This document shows positions 51,601 through 63,639 of a stretch of DNA of 64,000 nt, piece by piece. A model generated the notes under the pieces. It did no database searches and had not been told where the DNA came from. It saw only the letters and a list, made by a program, of their open reading frames with translations. The DNA comes from Phoronis australis. Lineage: Eukaryota > Animalia > Phoronida. Location: positions 169,249 through 233,248 of the forward strand of contig NMRA01000477.1 in assembly GCA_002633005.1 (NCBI GenBank). The letters run 5' to 3'. A program made the position numbers and the translations under genes. The first letter of the stretch is position 1, and each line of letters starts with the position of its first letter.

Positions 51601-54600
51601 CTGGCTACTCGAGTTATACCAACGGCACCAATGTTTATGCTGTATGTGGTAGTTCCAATAGCTCCACCAAGACACCCAGACAACATGTTCCCTAAGCCTT
51701 CCATGACAATTCCACGATTGACCGCGTGCATTGGGGGCGACGACACCATCGCGACTTTCGACACAGTGTTGTAGTCACCAACCGCTTTCATGACACCGGC
51801 AAATACTGCGCCCAATATTCCGATAATGGAGGAAATGCTGATGATCGGCAGTCCCCATTGTCCTACAGATAAAATAAGTCAGTGCATATACATATATATG
51901 TACTAGACTACTTCATACTACAATTGCAACCTGAATTGAAACAAATTGGCAGAGAAGAAATGCATCAAAAATGATACCCGGATAAGGTGCACGAAACCAA
52001 GACGACTCGTATAACACCTGGACTCTGGCGTCTGTTCTTGCCGCGTATCCCCACGCGCTTTTGTCGTTTGGCAAGACGTCTGTTGCAGTTAGAATTCCAC
52101 AGAGTACTATAGCAACCATTAGACCAAGTATAACCTAAAGTACAGAAAGAGCAATGCAAAGTGTTAATATACGCCAATAATTTCTAGGGTTGCTTATCAT
52201 GCAGCATCATGCAAGTTATAATGAGATAACAATTCGAGCACAACGGTAGCTGCAAAAGTTAGAATTGACAAAAAAGAGTTAGTAACTCCCCACTTGGAGT
52301 ATTATATTGAACAACAGCAACGCTCTGAAATGCGCCCAGGACAGCACCGCAAACGTTATGTTTCCAGGTTTGGTATTAGTATCATAAAAACGAGTACTAG
52401 TGGCACAGAATAAGTCGTCGTCGAATATAATGAAAATCTGTCAAGGCACTGGGCAAAAAAGGAGACAAATGTAAAAAAATAATAAATTGGCACTGGGGGG
52501 CACACAGCTGCCAGTGTTCATGAAGATCTTCCATGCCGTTGAGGAAATACAGCAGCGGACGCAGGAAGCCCGATCACACTGATGTCGGCAATACGCATTC
52601 AGAGATAATATGTATACATGTATGTGGGCGCGTAATGAAATAAAAATCACTAAGAGAGCAATATATGTGAGTCAAAGTCGTCTGAAAAAAGCAAGAGCTG
52701 TCTTCTCGATACAAGTTTCTTGAACATCTATCAAAAAATGGAAACCTGTCTGGCCGATAGAGAGGCGGATGCCAAAAATAAAAGCAAATGAAAACGATTA
52801 AAAATGCCCGCCTCCCGTTCAGTAACGCTAGGACCTCGCTAAAAAGCAAGACTTCGCGAGATTACGTGAGATATTGCCGTGCATTTTCAGTGGCGGAACT
52901 AGGATATCACTAGGGGGGGGCAACATTTTGTCAGGCTGTAAGCATTTGCGCAAACCACGATTGTAGATGCGTATAGCACCGAATGGGGGGAGGTCGGTAG
53001 GGGGGTTTGCCCAGGAAATTTTTCTGTTTTTTCCTCTAAAAATCAAGCATTTTCCTTGATTCCTGAAGTATTATCCAACAAAAAAGGCAAAAAAGCACGG
53101 AGAACGTGAAAAACAGGATAAACCGTACGTACCACAGACTCGAACTCACGACCTGGCGGATAGAGCGCGCGTGCTTTACTACTACACCACCACGCTTTAA
53201 GTACTAATCTTGTGCTAAGAGACCTACTTGTTTATGGTCCACAGCGTTTGCGCACGAAACCTACTTCTTTTTGTAATGCTTATTACACGTTTTATATTTC
53301 GTACAATCGGTTCTTAACAAATTTGTTGTATTTAAAATAGTCTTCAAATGCCCAAAAGACCAAATCCGTTTTTCGTGTTGGCAATAATGACGGAATTGCT
53401 TTGGAAATCGTCTTAAGTTAAGGTTTGACAAAGAGAGAATTTTGAGTTTCTGAGTGATTCACCAAGGCTTCGATTAAAATTCACATCTTACCAGCAGTTT
53501 CTGTTTTTTCATCGTCACTCAGGTTCCATTTTCTTTAAAAAATGAAGTAAATTTTGTTCATTGCACAGTGGAGCAGACGACGNNNNNNNNNNNNNNNNNN
53601 NNNNNNNNNNNNNNNNNNNNNNNNNNNNNNNNNNNNNNNNNNNNNNNNNNNNNNNNNNNNNNNNNNNNNNNNNNNNNNNNNNNNNNNNNNNNNNNNNNNN
53701 NNNNNNNNNNNNNNNNNNNNNNNNNNNNNNNNNNNNNNNNNNNNNNNNNNCCCCTGCCCCCCCCCTAAATCCGCCTATGATTTTAAATGAGAACAAGTGA
53801 CTTTGACTAGGTTTTAGCTAGGTCCTAGCGTAGGTCCCAGCGTCTACTGAACGCACGCCCTCTTTGGGCCGTAGAATACGTTGGGTCCATCTAAAAATGG
53901 GAACATGTCGTCCTACTTTTATTATGGAACTTGGCAGACATAGAGACATATGCAAAGAACAGCTAAATCGTTTCAAACGCAAAAGCAACAACAGGCGGCA
54001 CAGATTACATAGAATCCGTCTGAAAATGAGAAGATATGGTGTTCTCCACACAGACACATATATATTCACCTTATTTCATGAAAATATGCGGGCACATAAT
54101 TAAACAACACGTGATTTTTCTGTCTGGACATGGATAGGCAAAAGACGTACGAGTCATTGGAAACTTTTTCTTTATCTGTTACCATATTGAAAAACTTATC
54201 TGGTTCATTTTGATGGGTTAAGCAGCGGTAACCTACCTGTAAACTTACCCAGAATTAGATGAATCAAAAATTAATACTAGCCTGTAAAAAATGGGTAATG
54301 AAAAAGAATGATGTATATACTAAAGAGCAGAATCTCACTTAAAGGTAGAGTCATAGTCATAACGGTGTCAGACATTATTCAAAGCAGCATATTTAGCCAA
54401 AAATCTTACCGGAAACATTTGGAATAAGGGGAACGATGACGCTTTTCGATAACACCCAGATTCTTTCCCACAAGAAAAGGAGGGGATCCCTACATTCCTC
54501 ATATATAACGCGAAACAAAGTAACAGTGCCGTCGTTCTGAAAAGAGTCAAATTTTCGAACTATCAATGTACATGCGTAAATATTCGGACAACAAAGACAT

Positions 54601-57600
54601 ATTTAATGAAATGTGCATGAGCAATGGACATGCGCACAGCAGCACTGCTGGTATGTGTTGAATTGTGAGTCGAGTTCAATAACTGTGTCTCGGCGAGAAA
54701 AATATCTAGCCAAAATCACGTGCACTCTTCCGAAATACACGGTGATATCATGCTTTTCTAGCATTACTGAACGCTTCCCCGCTTCTTCGGCAATCAGTGA
54801 TACAATATAGAAATGGCAGAGGAACCGTTTGTTACAACGCATACGGAAACAATTTTTATGTTACGTTGTGTGAGTGGCAAAATCTTTAACTATATCAAAA
54901 TGAAGGTAATTGGATAACCTCCGCTACCAAGGATCACACTGGTTTAATTATCTTTTAAAATAAAGAGATAACAGAAACCTACAGTGCGCACTAAAACAAT
55001 GCCTTACTGTTTGTAGTCACGTTTGTATCGTTTCTTAAAAAGTGCGATTTTCCAACTTCGGTGCGGGGTAAGGCGCGACTGCCACATAGGAGGCAAATTT
55101 CTAATGAAACTTGAAAAATTCAATCTCTATATTCTATAAGGTACAATCGGGTATCTTTGAAAAAAATAGCAAAGCCTATTTAGACCAAATCCCCAGTGGT
55201 CATTTCATTTATTGGAAAATCACATTTTTTTAAGAAAAAGCACAATCACGTGAATGCAAATAGTTAAGGTATTATCTTCGTGCGCTCTTCTTTAAAAAAT
55301 ATATGGTTTCCAGGGGCGGATCCAGGATTTTGAGTTAGGGGGGGGCAGGGCATAGGAATAACCAGAATTTCGGCAGATGCTCGCGCCCAGCCTAAAATGT
55401 GGGGACGCCTCGAATGTTTGGGGTTGCGGACCTGTTGACTAAATAATAAAAAAACGGTAAACGGGGTTTGTTTAGTTTGCTCAGGGCCTATGCATGGTTT
55501 ATTCATCCCCGACGAGCCCCTGCTTGCGTGCTTGCGCGCACCCGAACTCACAAATGGTATCTGGTAGAATATTAGGGGGGGGGCATGGCCCCCTTGTCCC
55601 CCCTTAAATCCGCCACTGGTTTCATGGATTGACAAGTTGTATTTTAAAAGATATTTAAAGAAGTGTGACACTCGGTAGTGAAGGCACACACTGTACGCCG
55701 CACCAACGGACCTCCTTCAAACTTTCCTGAGTCATGCTTACAACATAGCGATCCACCAGTGTTTTGAAGCGTAGCTTGCGGCCGGCTCAAATAACGAAAA
55801 CCCAATCATGGCGACAGTGGGGGCTATGGTCAGCGGTCCTATGATTTTTAGCAAGTAACCGATAAGCCCCGTCAACCCGCAGACCATCTGTATGGCCGAT
55901 GCGATGATTATAGCACCATTGAGCTGAAACAAAATTTGAGTTGATTATACAGTCATCGAATTTGCGTGCAAGGAAATGAAGTCAGTCATCGCGTTAGAAA
56001 TGACAATTTTCGAAAACAAAAGGCACCTTTACAGCAATGAATCGTTGTTGGCAGGTCGTGGCCATACAACGTTTTGATAGCGCAAATAATATGCTAAAAC
56101 TGGAAGATTCTGAACATTGGATGTAAACAGCATAGGGTAAATATCACGGAATCGAGTTTGGTGTGGCAGATCTAATCATAGACGCTGTCTCTCCGTCTAT
56201 ATGGATATTACGCTTCGTACTAGAACTAGTGTAGTAGGCAGCACACAGGGTTGGTTCACTGCGCCACCCATTTCAACGCCCATCATTCAGTAATGCACGG
56301 ATCTCCTTTAAAAGACACGAAGAGGGATGCCGAGTCCTTATCAGAGATCATACGTCTCAGCTTTAACGCCCTGATTCAGTTCGGGGTGTGGGGTGCGGGG
56401 GGTTGGGGTGGGGGTTCATCTACGGTGATGTTGTCATTTTTCAATTGCATTATGGGTCGATCGATTGTCGGCTCGATCGTGAACATCCGCTGTCACCACA
56501 GATAACTCGACTCATTATTTGCGTTTCAGGAGGTGAGATTTTACTTCAGGGTGATCGGCAAACATGTTGCTGTGGACGAGTGCGTTCAACTATGACGCAC
56601 GCAAGTGACGAGTGTTGTTTTCCGTCACATTACTTACAATGTACACGTCAACATGTTACTTGTTCTGCCACCGGGTGTTTACCAGCCGACAAATGCCCAC
56701 AATGCATTTGGGCAACACTGTCAGTGACGATAGTGAGTAAGTTTTGCAGTAGAAGAAGGTAATCGAATTCCTGGCAAAGCTGCCAAACAATTGAACGCTG
56801 CCCAAGTTCTCTCTTCAAACCACAGCCGCAGTTACAGATGGATCCAATAGAGTGAATGAAAACTCGGAAAAGAATGGCAAAGCGAGTTTCGGGGTCCAAT
56901 AGGTGCACTAACGGTAAAAAAGGGTATTGCAGATTTCTTGACACCGTAATGCCTTAACATGAGAATCGTGAAATAAGCTGATTAACAAGCAAACTGGTAC
57001 GCAATCTGGTCTTGCTCACATGCTTTACCATGATCGAAATCAAGTAAATGTTTGCCAAACTTGTCAAAATAGACCAGACATGGGCGGCGCACCATAAGGG
57101 GCTGGGGGGGGGGCTATAGTCTCCGCTTTTTTCAGTGCTACCACGTCCATGGCCTATAAGCGGTGCAGATGAACCACGTTGATTTTCATTGTTATAAATG
57201 GCAATTTAATACCCCAGTGACAAGACGTGCTGGGTTAACTAAAGCTGTATTTGATTTCAATTTTAGTAAAATATCGTACATCAGCAAAGTATAAATCGCC
57301 ATGGCAAGCCAAAAAAGATTATGAGAGAAGTTTGTTACAACAGGCCCGTAGCCAGCATTACGCGGGGGGCGGTTCGAATTTATTGAACGGCGGACCTTTG
57401 CAAATATCGACACAGGTTTTCGGTAAGGTTCTTGACGTAGCTTAATTATGGGGAAAGGGAATCTGTACACATAAAGGTGACTCTCAGCTCTATGTTCCTA
57501 AGATGAGACGGCATTCGTAGTACCAGAAATGGGAATGCCGCGACGGATGCCCACAAAGAACAGGACTCAAATTCGGATGTAATGTTGTCCAGAAAGAGAA

Positions 57601-60600
57601 CGTTCTGGCGTTACCCCCTGCCAAACTTTCAAATCAATCAGGCGTGCTTAAATGAGTGATTACACCTCATCACATACCCGAACGAAAATATTAAGTCGAA
57701 GAAAGACTTAAAGTTTTTTATCTGATTGTATTTTACATCACTGGAAATGCGAGCAGCCCACTATTCCTGAAGGTTCATTACTCCGAAAATATCTAAAATT
57801 TCGTACTCAATTGTAACGTTTATTCTTTTACATGTGAAAATAAATGTTTTTAAGCGATACTTAAGTTATTAGACGCAATGAACAGTGTACCTATACTCAA
57901 AACAACGCACGGATTTCATGTGCATGCGAAATTGCCCGCATGTCTTACGAATATGGAAAAATGAGTACGTACATGTATTTTCAAAAGAATATGGAGTAGG
58001 AATATTGATGAATTATCAACCACGATACATTCAAATCCATGTCTAGATCGCATCATTTCAGGACGTGACTGAAAAGTTTAGGGCCGCTGCGCCTCAACCT
58101 CTCCGACCGGAACCACGCGCATGGCCGGGTCGAAATTAAATATGGTTAGCAGACTACCCTATCCCTGTCAGTCTTCACATAGTCAAAGAGTCCAATTCAG
58201 TCTTCTTAAATTTAAAACCGCCGTTGTTCGCAGCCCTAACCCGTGCCCCAAATGTTGTCCCTGCTTGAGAATGAGACATTAATTGGATTCAAGAATCACC
58301 ATTGTCACTGATTGATACCAAGCTCATTTGTAAACCATGTAAATAAAGTTGTAAGAACTATTCAACTTTTGCAGACCCTTTAAATGGTTATTAAATGGAC
58401 ACAAATACAATACTATATTCAAGTCAGTTCCGACACATTAGCAGACTAATCAACTGTCGGAGTTCTGGTTTTGGAATTACGGATATTCGAAGTACTGAAC
58501 TTTCGAAAGAAGGTGGTGAAATCTCGGAGTAATGAAACTTCGGAGTAGAAAACCCTCGAAATGGTGTCATGTAACCTTGAAAATCTTTTCCATCAAGTTT
58601 ATTACTCGTATGAAGTCTACAAGGCCGTTGTGCACCATTGGTACTGAATAATTAACATACAGACTCCCCTAATTGTCTCCACTGACGATCCTGTCATATA
58701 CGCAAACACCACTCGGGTTAAGTTGGCCGGGTACTTCCCGATGATTACCGGTACATGAAGAGCTTTGAATCACTGAGAAGCTCATTCAAAATTATGTACT
58801 AACTTAGTTACCACTGTAGTTAGTAGTACAAGTAGCTGGAACAATTTTGTTGTTATTGTCCATCAATATCCTTATCTTTATCGCATAGGCCGAGACTGGA
58901 CCTTTTCTGCGGGGGTTCAATCGAGACCCCCGAACACCACTGACAACGGGTCTCAGTACTAAACTTGGATTTCTGATTTCATGACATTCGCAAGTTCTTA
59001 TTCAGTGTTATGACAATTGTGAACCTCAAATGGTCATCTGTTACCATGTTAAAAATATGAGATGATGACACCTCAGTTTCCGTTAGTCATAAACGCCTAG
59101 CATGCGCGCACCCAAGGGGGAGGGGGGCGGGCTCAGGGGGCTCGAACTGACAGTGGAGACGGTGATACTGCAGCGCCAATGCGACCTCAGATTGTGCTTG
59201 GCGACCTGCTGACCTGGGAAAAATTCCAAATCGCCACGCCAGTTTGGCGCCCTGGGACTTTTGCCAGGTGGCCAAATGCGCTTAAATTCCGTCATGGGTC
59301 GAAGTTAACAGCTCAAGTTTTCTTTGCAACAGACGAATTCACCAGCGATGCGTCGATGCGTCGCTACACTGAGTGGGAACGCTAGCTGACAACTTCAGCA
59401 TCCAACGAAGTTATGGACAGGGGTCACAGCTGTGACAATGGTGAAGGTCAGTTTACGCCCTCTTGCGATAATTTCGATGACCACAACTCTAAGAAGAAAA
59501 ATATAGTGCCGATTTTTTATTTTTAGCTATTTTGCGACTGTTACAGTTAGGAGAATTGTCCCAAACAAAGGTTCTTTATCATATGTAATACATCTTTTAT
59601 GAAAGAAATCAAGTCATTTTTAATATCTTTTCTAAAATTACATCACCACCTCAAAGCAGTTTTAAGAAGACATCATTTTTAATGTTCCAAATGTTGCACC
59701 ATTTTCATTATTGTTCAAAACATTTTTGAAATAGTTATAGAAAAGTATGCGAAAATCTCGTTTTTTGAAGGTACAGGGAATTACACAAAATGGATCTTTG
59801 TGTCTTAACTTCAAAAGGTGAGAACGCTCAAGTTTATTTCGCAGTTTACGACCTCGACGCTTCGGTGTGGGAAAAGTCCCAAAAAGTTCAGGTGACTTGA
59901 TTACCTCGTTTAAGGCGAGTTTCCATTTCTCAGGATCTGTACACTGTGACAAGTTACTATCCCGCGGTGTTCCGTTACAAAAAGGCAATTCATCTGAAAC
60001 GACGAACCAAGTGGAGAATTAGAAGCTCAGATAGAAGACATGGACAAAGAGATTTGTGCAATAAACCGGAAACATCTATTACAATTTGTCTCTCATTGTT
60101 ATTCTCGGCGCAACTTGTCATTTCTCATGAGTTCACTTTAATTATAAAGGAACAAATCTTATGAAAGACGTTTATAAACTGACCTTTTATCAAAAATAAT
60201 TCTTGGTTTAGATTAGATGTCGTTATAAAATTGACTTCGAACTGTTTGTAGATTTGGGGAAGAACTGTCACGTCAAGTCATCGAATGAACACAAAGCTTC
60301 ATATAAAAACGCCAAGGGAGTGGGGCTTTTTAAGGAGGACATTTGTCACCTACCAGAGCTCGATTTATCCTTTGCGGTCCCTGACTATGATGTTGTTGTT
60401 ATGGGGCCCCATTTTTGCAGCATAGACCGTCCAAACCCAATTGAGAGGGGGTGGTGATGCGATTGAAAAGGGCTGGGGGGATTTCGTCAAAGTCCGATTG
60501 GTTTGAGCCTTCGAATAATTTTTAGCTTCCTACGGGTCTAATAGATGTGTGTATGCATGTATGAGAAAAGGAACAAACCTTCGCCTGGTTGACATTTGAA

Positions 60601-61157
60601 CTTGTCTTGGTTGAGAATCGCAAGACTCGTTGTAGCGTAAGCGATGGCCGCTCCTTGCACAAGTGGAAGCCTGGAAGCCAATGAAATAGGATCTGCAGCC
60701 TGCTCAAGGATTACTAACATATGGATTGATACATTTGTAGTATTAATTCAAGAGCTTACGAATTATCCAAACTGCGTTGCTTCAGGAAACACACGTTTAG
60801 AAGATGACATGGCTTCCTCATTTTGTTTAACGCTTTGAGTTAGAAACGGGAATTTTTACTATAAAAACGAAGCACAGAATATTTCCCGAAAACCTGAAAA
60901 CAGAATTTTGGTGCGTTTCTATCTTAACCTCTGTCACAGGAGAGTTATGACATGAACACAAACAATGCTTTTGGCAACAACAAAAGAAAGGACATTTACC
61001 TGGCGCCAATAGTGACCTGTAATAACGTGGCGATGCCAACCGTGAGGAAAATCGTTGAAATAAGATGGTTTACGATCTCCAGTCGACTTTCAATGCACAG
61101 CCCCGTGGCCAATAAGAACGGGATAGGTATGGTAGTACCAAACATCATCATATAGTG
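48458..61157 (-). CDS. SLC23A: SLC23 / nucleobase-ascorbate transporter (NAT/NCS2) family member, 5'-partial
   Basis: Exons (minus): 61157-61000, 60670-60579, 59993-59905, 55923-55742, 54536-54410, 52134-51978, 51862-51479, 50390-50247, 49816-49721, 48684-48458; motifs (Q)HY.MFG, RLPLVQG, IGPLTIAPT, ARTD, PYPGQWG.P, NIG..GITRV.SRRV, LQYVDMNSPRN, LDNT..GT.EERG, P.CPTF. Confidence 0.93.
49721..49816 (-). CDS. SLC23A: SLC23 exon
   Basis: ILLGSGMFVGGLVACILDNTV. Confidence 0.92.
50247..50390 (-). CDS. SLC23A: SLC23 exon
   Basis: GLSNLQYVDMNSPRNLIIVGFS. Confidence 0.92.
51479..51862 (-). CDS. SLC23A: SLC23 exon (TM8-TM12, NAT signature)
   Basis: GQWGLP..GDY..PPMHAVNRGI.MEG..TYSINIGAVGITRVASRRV. 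Confidence 0.94.
51978..52134 (-). CDS. SLC23A: SLC23 exon
   Basis: LCGILTATD..GYAARTD..WFRAPYP. Confidence 0.92.
52888..53779. mobile_element. MITE with CAGTGGCGGA-type termini and 5-bp TSD, spanning N gap 53583-53750
   Basis: CAGTGGCGGA ... TCCGCCTATG flanked by ATTTT on both sides. Confidence 0.7.
53131..53196 (-). mobile_element. tRNA-derived SINE-like head (pol III A/B boxes)
   Basis: Minus strand TGGTGTAGTAG ... GTTCGAGTC; no full cloverleaf. Confidence 0.5.
54410..54536 (-). CDS. SLC23A: SLC23 exon
   Basis: ...FALYMRNV..FPLFQMFP. Confidence 0.88.
55311..55618. mobile_element. 308-bp MITE with 5-bp TSD
   Basis: CAGGGGCGGATCC ... AATCCGCCACTG flanked by GTTTC on both sides. Confidence 0.8.
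55742..55923 (-). CDS. SLC23A: SLC23 exon (TM4-5)
   Basis: LNGAIIIAS..GLIGYLLKIIGPLTIAPTVAMIG. Confidence 0.92.
59905..59993 (-). CDS. SLC23A: SLC23 exon (extracellular loop)
   Basis: DELPFCNGT...EKWKLALNE; phase 1 to 0. Confidence 0.82.
60579..60670 (-). CDS. SLC23A: SLC23 exon (TM3)
   Basis: RLPLVQGAAIAY...KC. Confidence 0.88.
61000..61157 (-). CDS. SLC23A: SLC23 exon (TM1 QH motif to TM2)
   Basis: HYMMMFG...STIFLTVGIATLLQVTIG. Confidence 0.9.
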
Positions 61158-61763
61158 CTGGAAGTAATAGGTCACTAACAAAATGGCGTTACATGGAAGA
61201 TATGTAATCTTAAAGTTTAATGGTTTTGTCTTATGTGTAGTGAACGTTTCGAAAAACAGGCATTACATGAAATGTCCATTTTGGTAAAATCAAACCGGCA
61301 AAAAATCGAGTTCCGTCAAAGGAACTAACTTTCAATTTAGACAACCAGTGTAGTCTCGATAAGTTAATCAGCGTCATTTTGTGATCAACCATGGGCCACA
61401 ATACATCGGAACCGTCTGGCCTGTGATAGGAACTACAGTTTAGTAGCACTGTACATCATCCATAATGCTTTAGTTCAGCCACTCTGGTCACATGTGAGCG
61501 CACTGGGAAAGAGTTCGATCTGTATCACCACGTGTACGCGTTCGTGAGTTAGGCATTGCGTGTTGGCGCGCTAAGGGAAATTTACGACAAGAGCTACACT
61601 TTTCAAAATCGGTCACCGCCGTTTCAGGAAGAGCGCCCTGAGAATTTCCTCTAAATCATTTCCTTACAGGGGCAATATACCGCGCCTTGGGCAAAGATCT
61701 TATATCAAATCAATCTCATCTTGTGTACAATAGTTAGTGCTTCAGAGCACGCGCAGGCATTAA

Positions 61764-63463
61764 AGGAGAATGACATCCAAAAAACAACCTATTTTGTATC
61801 AATTTAGATCGAGTAGTTCTACTCGATAACGGCACGTTCGGTTGCGTTACCTGACACATGACGGCAGACGGAGGTGTTGAAATTATCCGATGACGTCATT
61901 GGTTTCACACGCAGTCTTTTCAGCAGTTCACAACACGGGTTACTGGTGTCAGCTAATCACTTGAATTCATCGTTTAACACCAACAAATCATCAAACTTCG
62001 ATGTAAAACCCTTAAAAATACACCGAATTCTTATAAATACGTGTTGTTTTATTTCGCTGTTACGGATTTATTGGTATTTGGACAGACCGTAGCCGACATA
62101 GTTCGGCAGGCCAATTTACGAAGGTCCGTAGCAGGAGTTTGGGGTCTGTTCGGGGATAAATTTGAAGTATTATTCCGTGAAATACAGACAGGAGAACCTA
62201 GATCTGTGTTGTTTATATTTGTGATTTTTTGAGTTCTAAACACGCAAAACGCTTGTTATCCCGGCCAGTGGCTCGGAACCCGATCAGGCCCATCGCGACC
62301 GGACTGACTGGTTATCCCGGCCAGTGGCTCAAAACCCGATCAGGCCCGTCGCGGCCACCGAGACTGGCACGAACATACCAGCTTGATTTGGAAACTAAAC
62401 CTCCAGTCACGAAAAGACTATAATAGTGAGTCAAAGAAATAATGTGCACGTAATTATTTATGTGAATTAGCCACAAAACTGAAAAATCTACTTAATTATC
62501 GGGGGCCGCGAAGTCGGCTTCCCCTTCCACAGACCGTCAGGACAAAGGTTGTACAGTAACAATGACTTCAGTTGAATAATGTATTTGTATTTCTAAATAA
62601 AGATTCCCGTAACAGACTGATGTGACCATAGCATATAAAATCGAGTAATTGTTTCACAACAGCTTTCTGTCTGCACTGAATTAGCATGCGCTCACACGGC
62701 CTCGGTGCCCGGTCAATTACATTTGTTGCCGGCATCTAAAGCCGGTCGGGTAACGCAGTGGTTTATTCATTGCTGGCTTCTCAACATTTGCACTCACTAC
62801 TGCAAAGGTATTACAAATTATATCTAATGAGACAGACTTTGTTTCAGTTTTATATAAGCATAGCTTAGGATGAGAATAATTCATTTTGAAACAGAAGGCA
62901 GAATAATCAACGTGTACATGGCAACTCGCCCGGCGCCAATCCTGACTTAGTCAAGAGCTCATCCGACGACGACTTCACGGGTCGGATCTTTAGGTTTCAC
63001 AGGCTATCAGTCAGAACCGGAATAAATTGACCAAGAAATACTATAGAGGCGCCGTGAACATGCACAGGCAACGGAGCGCATGGATTAGTAGTTCTGTGGT
63101 AAGCCGGAATTTGTCAGAGAAATCAACGTCGACGAAATGCCGGCCACAGACACGGAGATGATTCACGGCCTCATACTTGCAGCGTACCTTTCATCTTCTT
63201 CACAACCGCGATCCACTTCCCATGCATTTCGGGTTCTCGATTTCTTCGCAGCTTCATAGTTCGGACAAGCGGGAACGATGCACCGCAATATAGCGGCATT
63301 CACTCAGCAGACGAACCACTGACGTCGCTGCGTCGTTTCTCACCTTCCTCACAGGTTAACGCGACACCTCTCGACAAAGTGAGGTCTACCGTATAAGAGG
63401 CGATGTGGATATAGACCAATAAGGACGGTAAAAAAGACTAATTAAATCGGGTGGCATTCTCCT
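61764..63463 (-). mobile_element. 1.7-kb Kolobok-like DNA transposon derivative with decayed THAP domain
   Basis: TTAA at 61760-61763 and 63464-63467; TIR AGGAGAATG(A/C)CA(T/C)CC; broken minus-strand frames LRCIVPACPN..P...KWI...HLRVCGRHFVDVDF. Confidence 0.8.
62256..62358. repeat. Two-copy ~55 bp tandem repeat inside the Kolobok-like element
   Basis: TTATCCCGGCCAGTGGCTC..AACCCGATCAGGCCC.TCGCG.CC twice. Confidence 0.85.
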
Positions 63464-63639
63464 TTAAACCCGATAGTACTTTCTGACAAAAACGAGTTCT
63501 GAGTTGTACCACCTGCAGTTATGAAATAGATCTTAAATTATTTAGTACGGGAGCCAAATGAGGTTTTTTTACATAACCTGGATTTTTCGGATAATTTTTT
63601 TTCTTTGCTGTTTCATGTAGCCTAGGCATAGCTAATCAT

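Noticed and set aside
53131-53196. tRNA gene
   Set aside because: A/B boxes are present but there is no complete cloverleaf or acceptor stem, and it sits inside a repeat.
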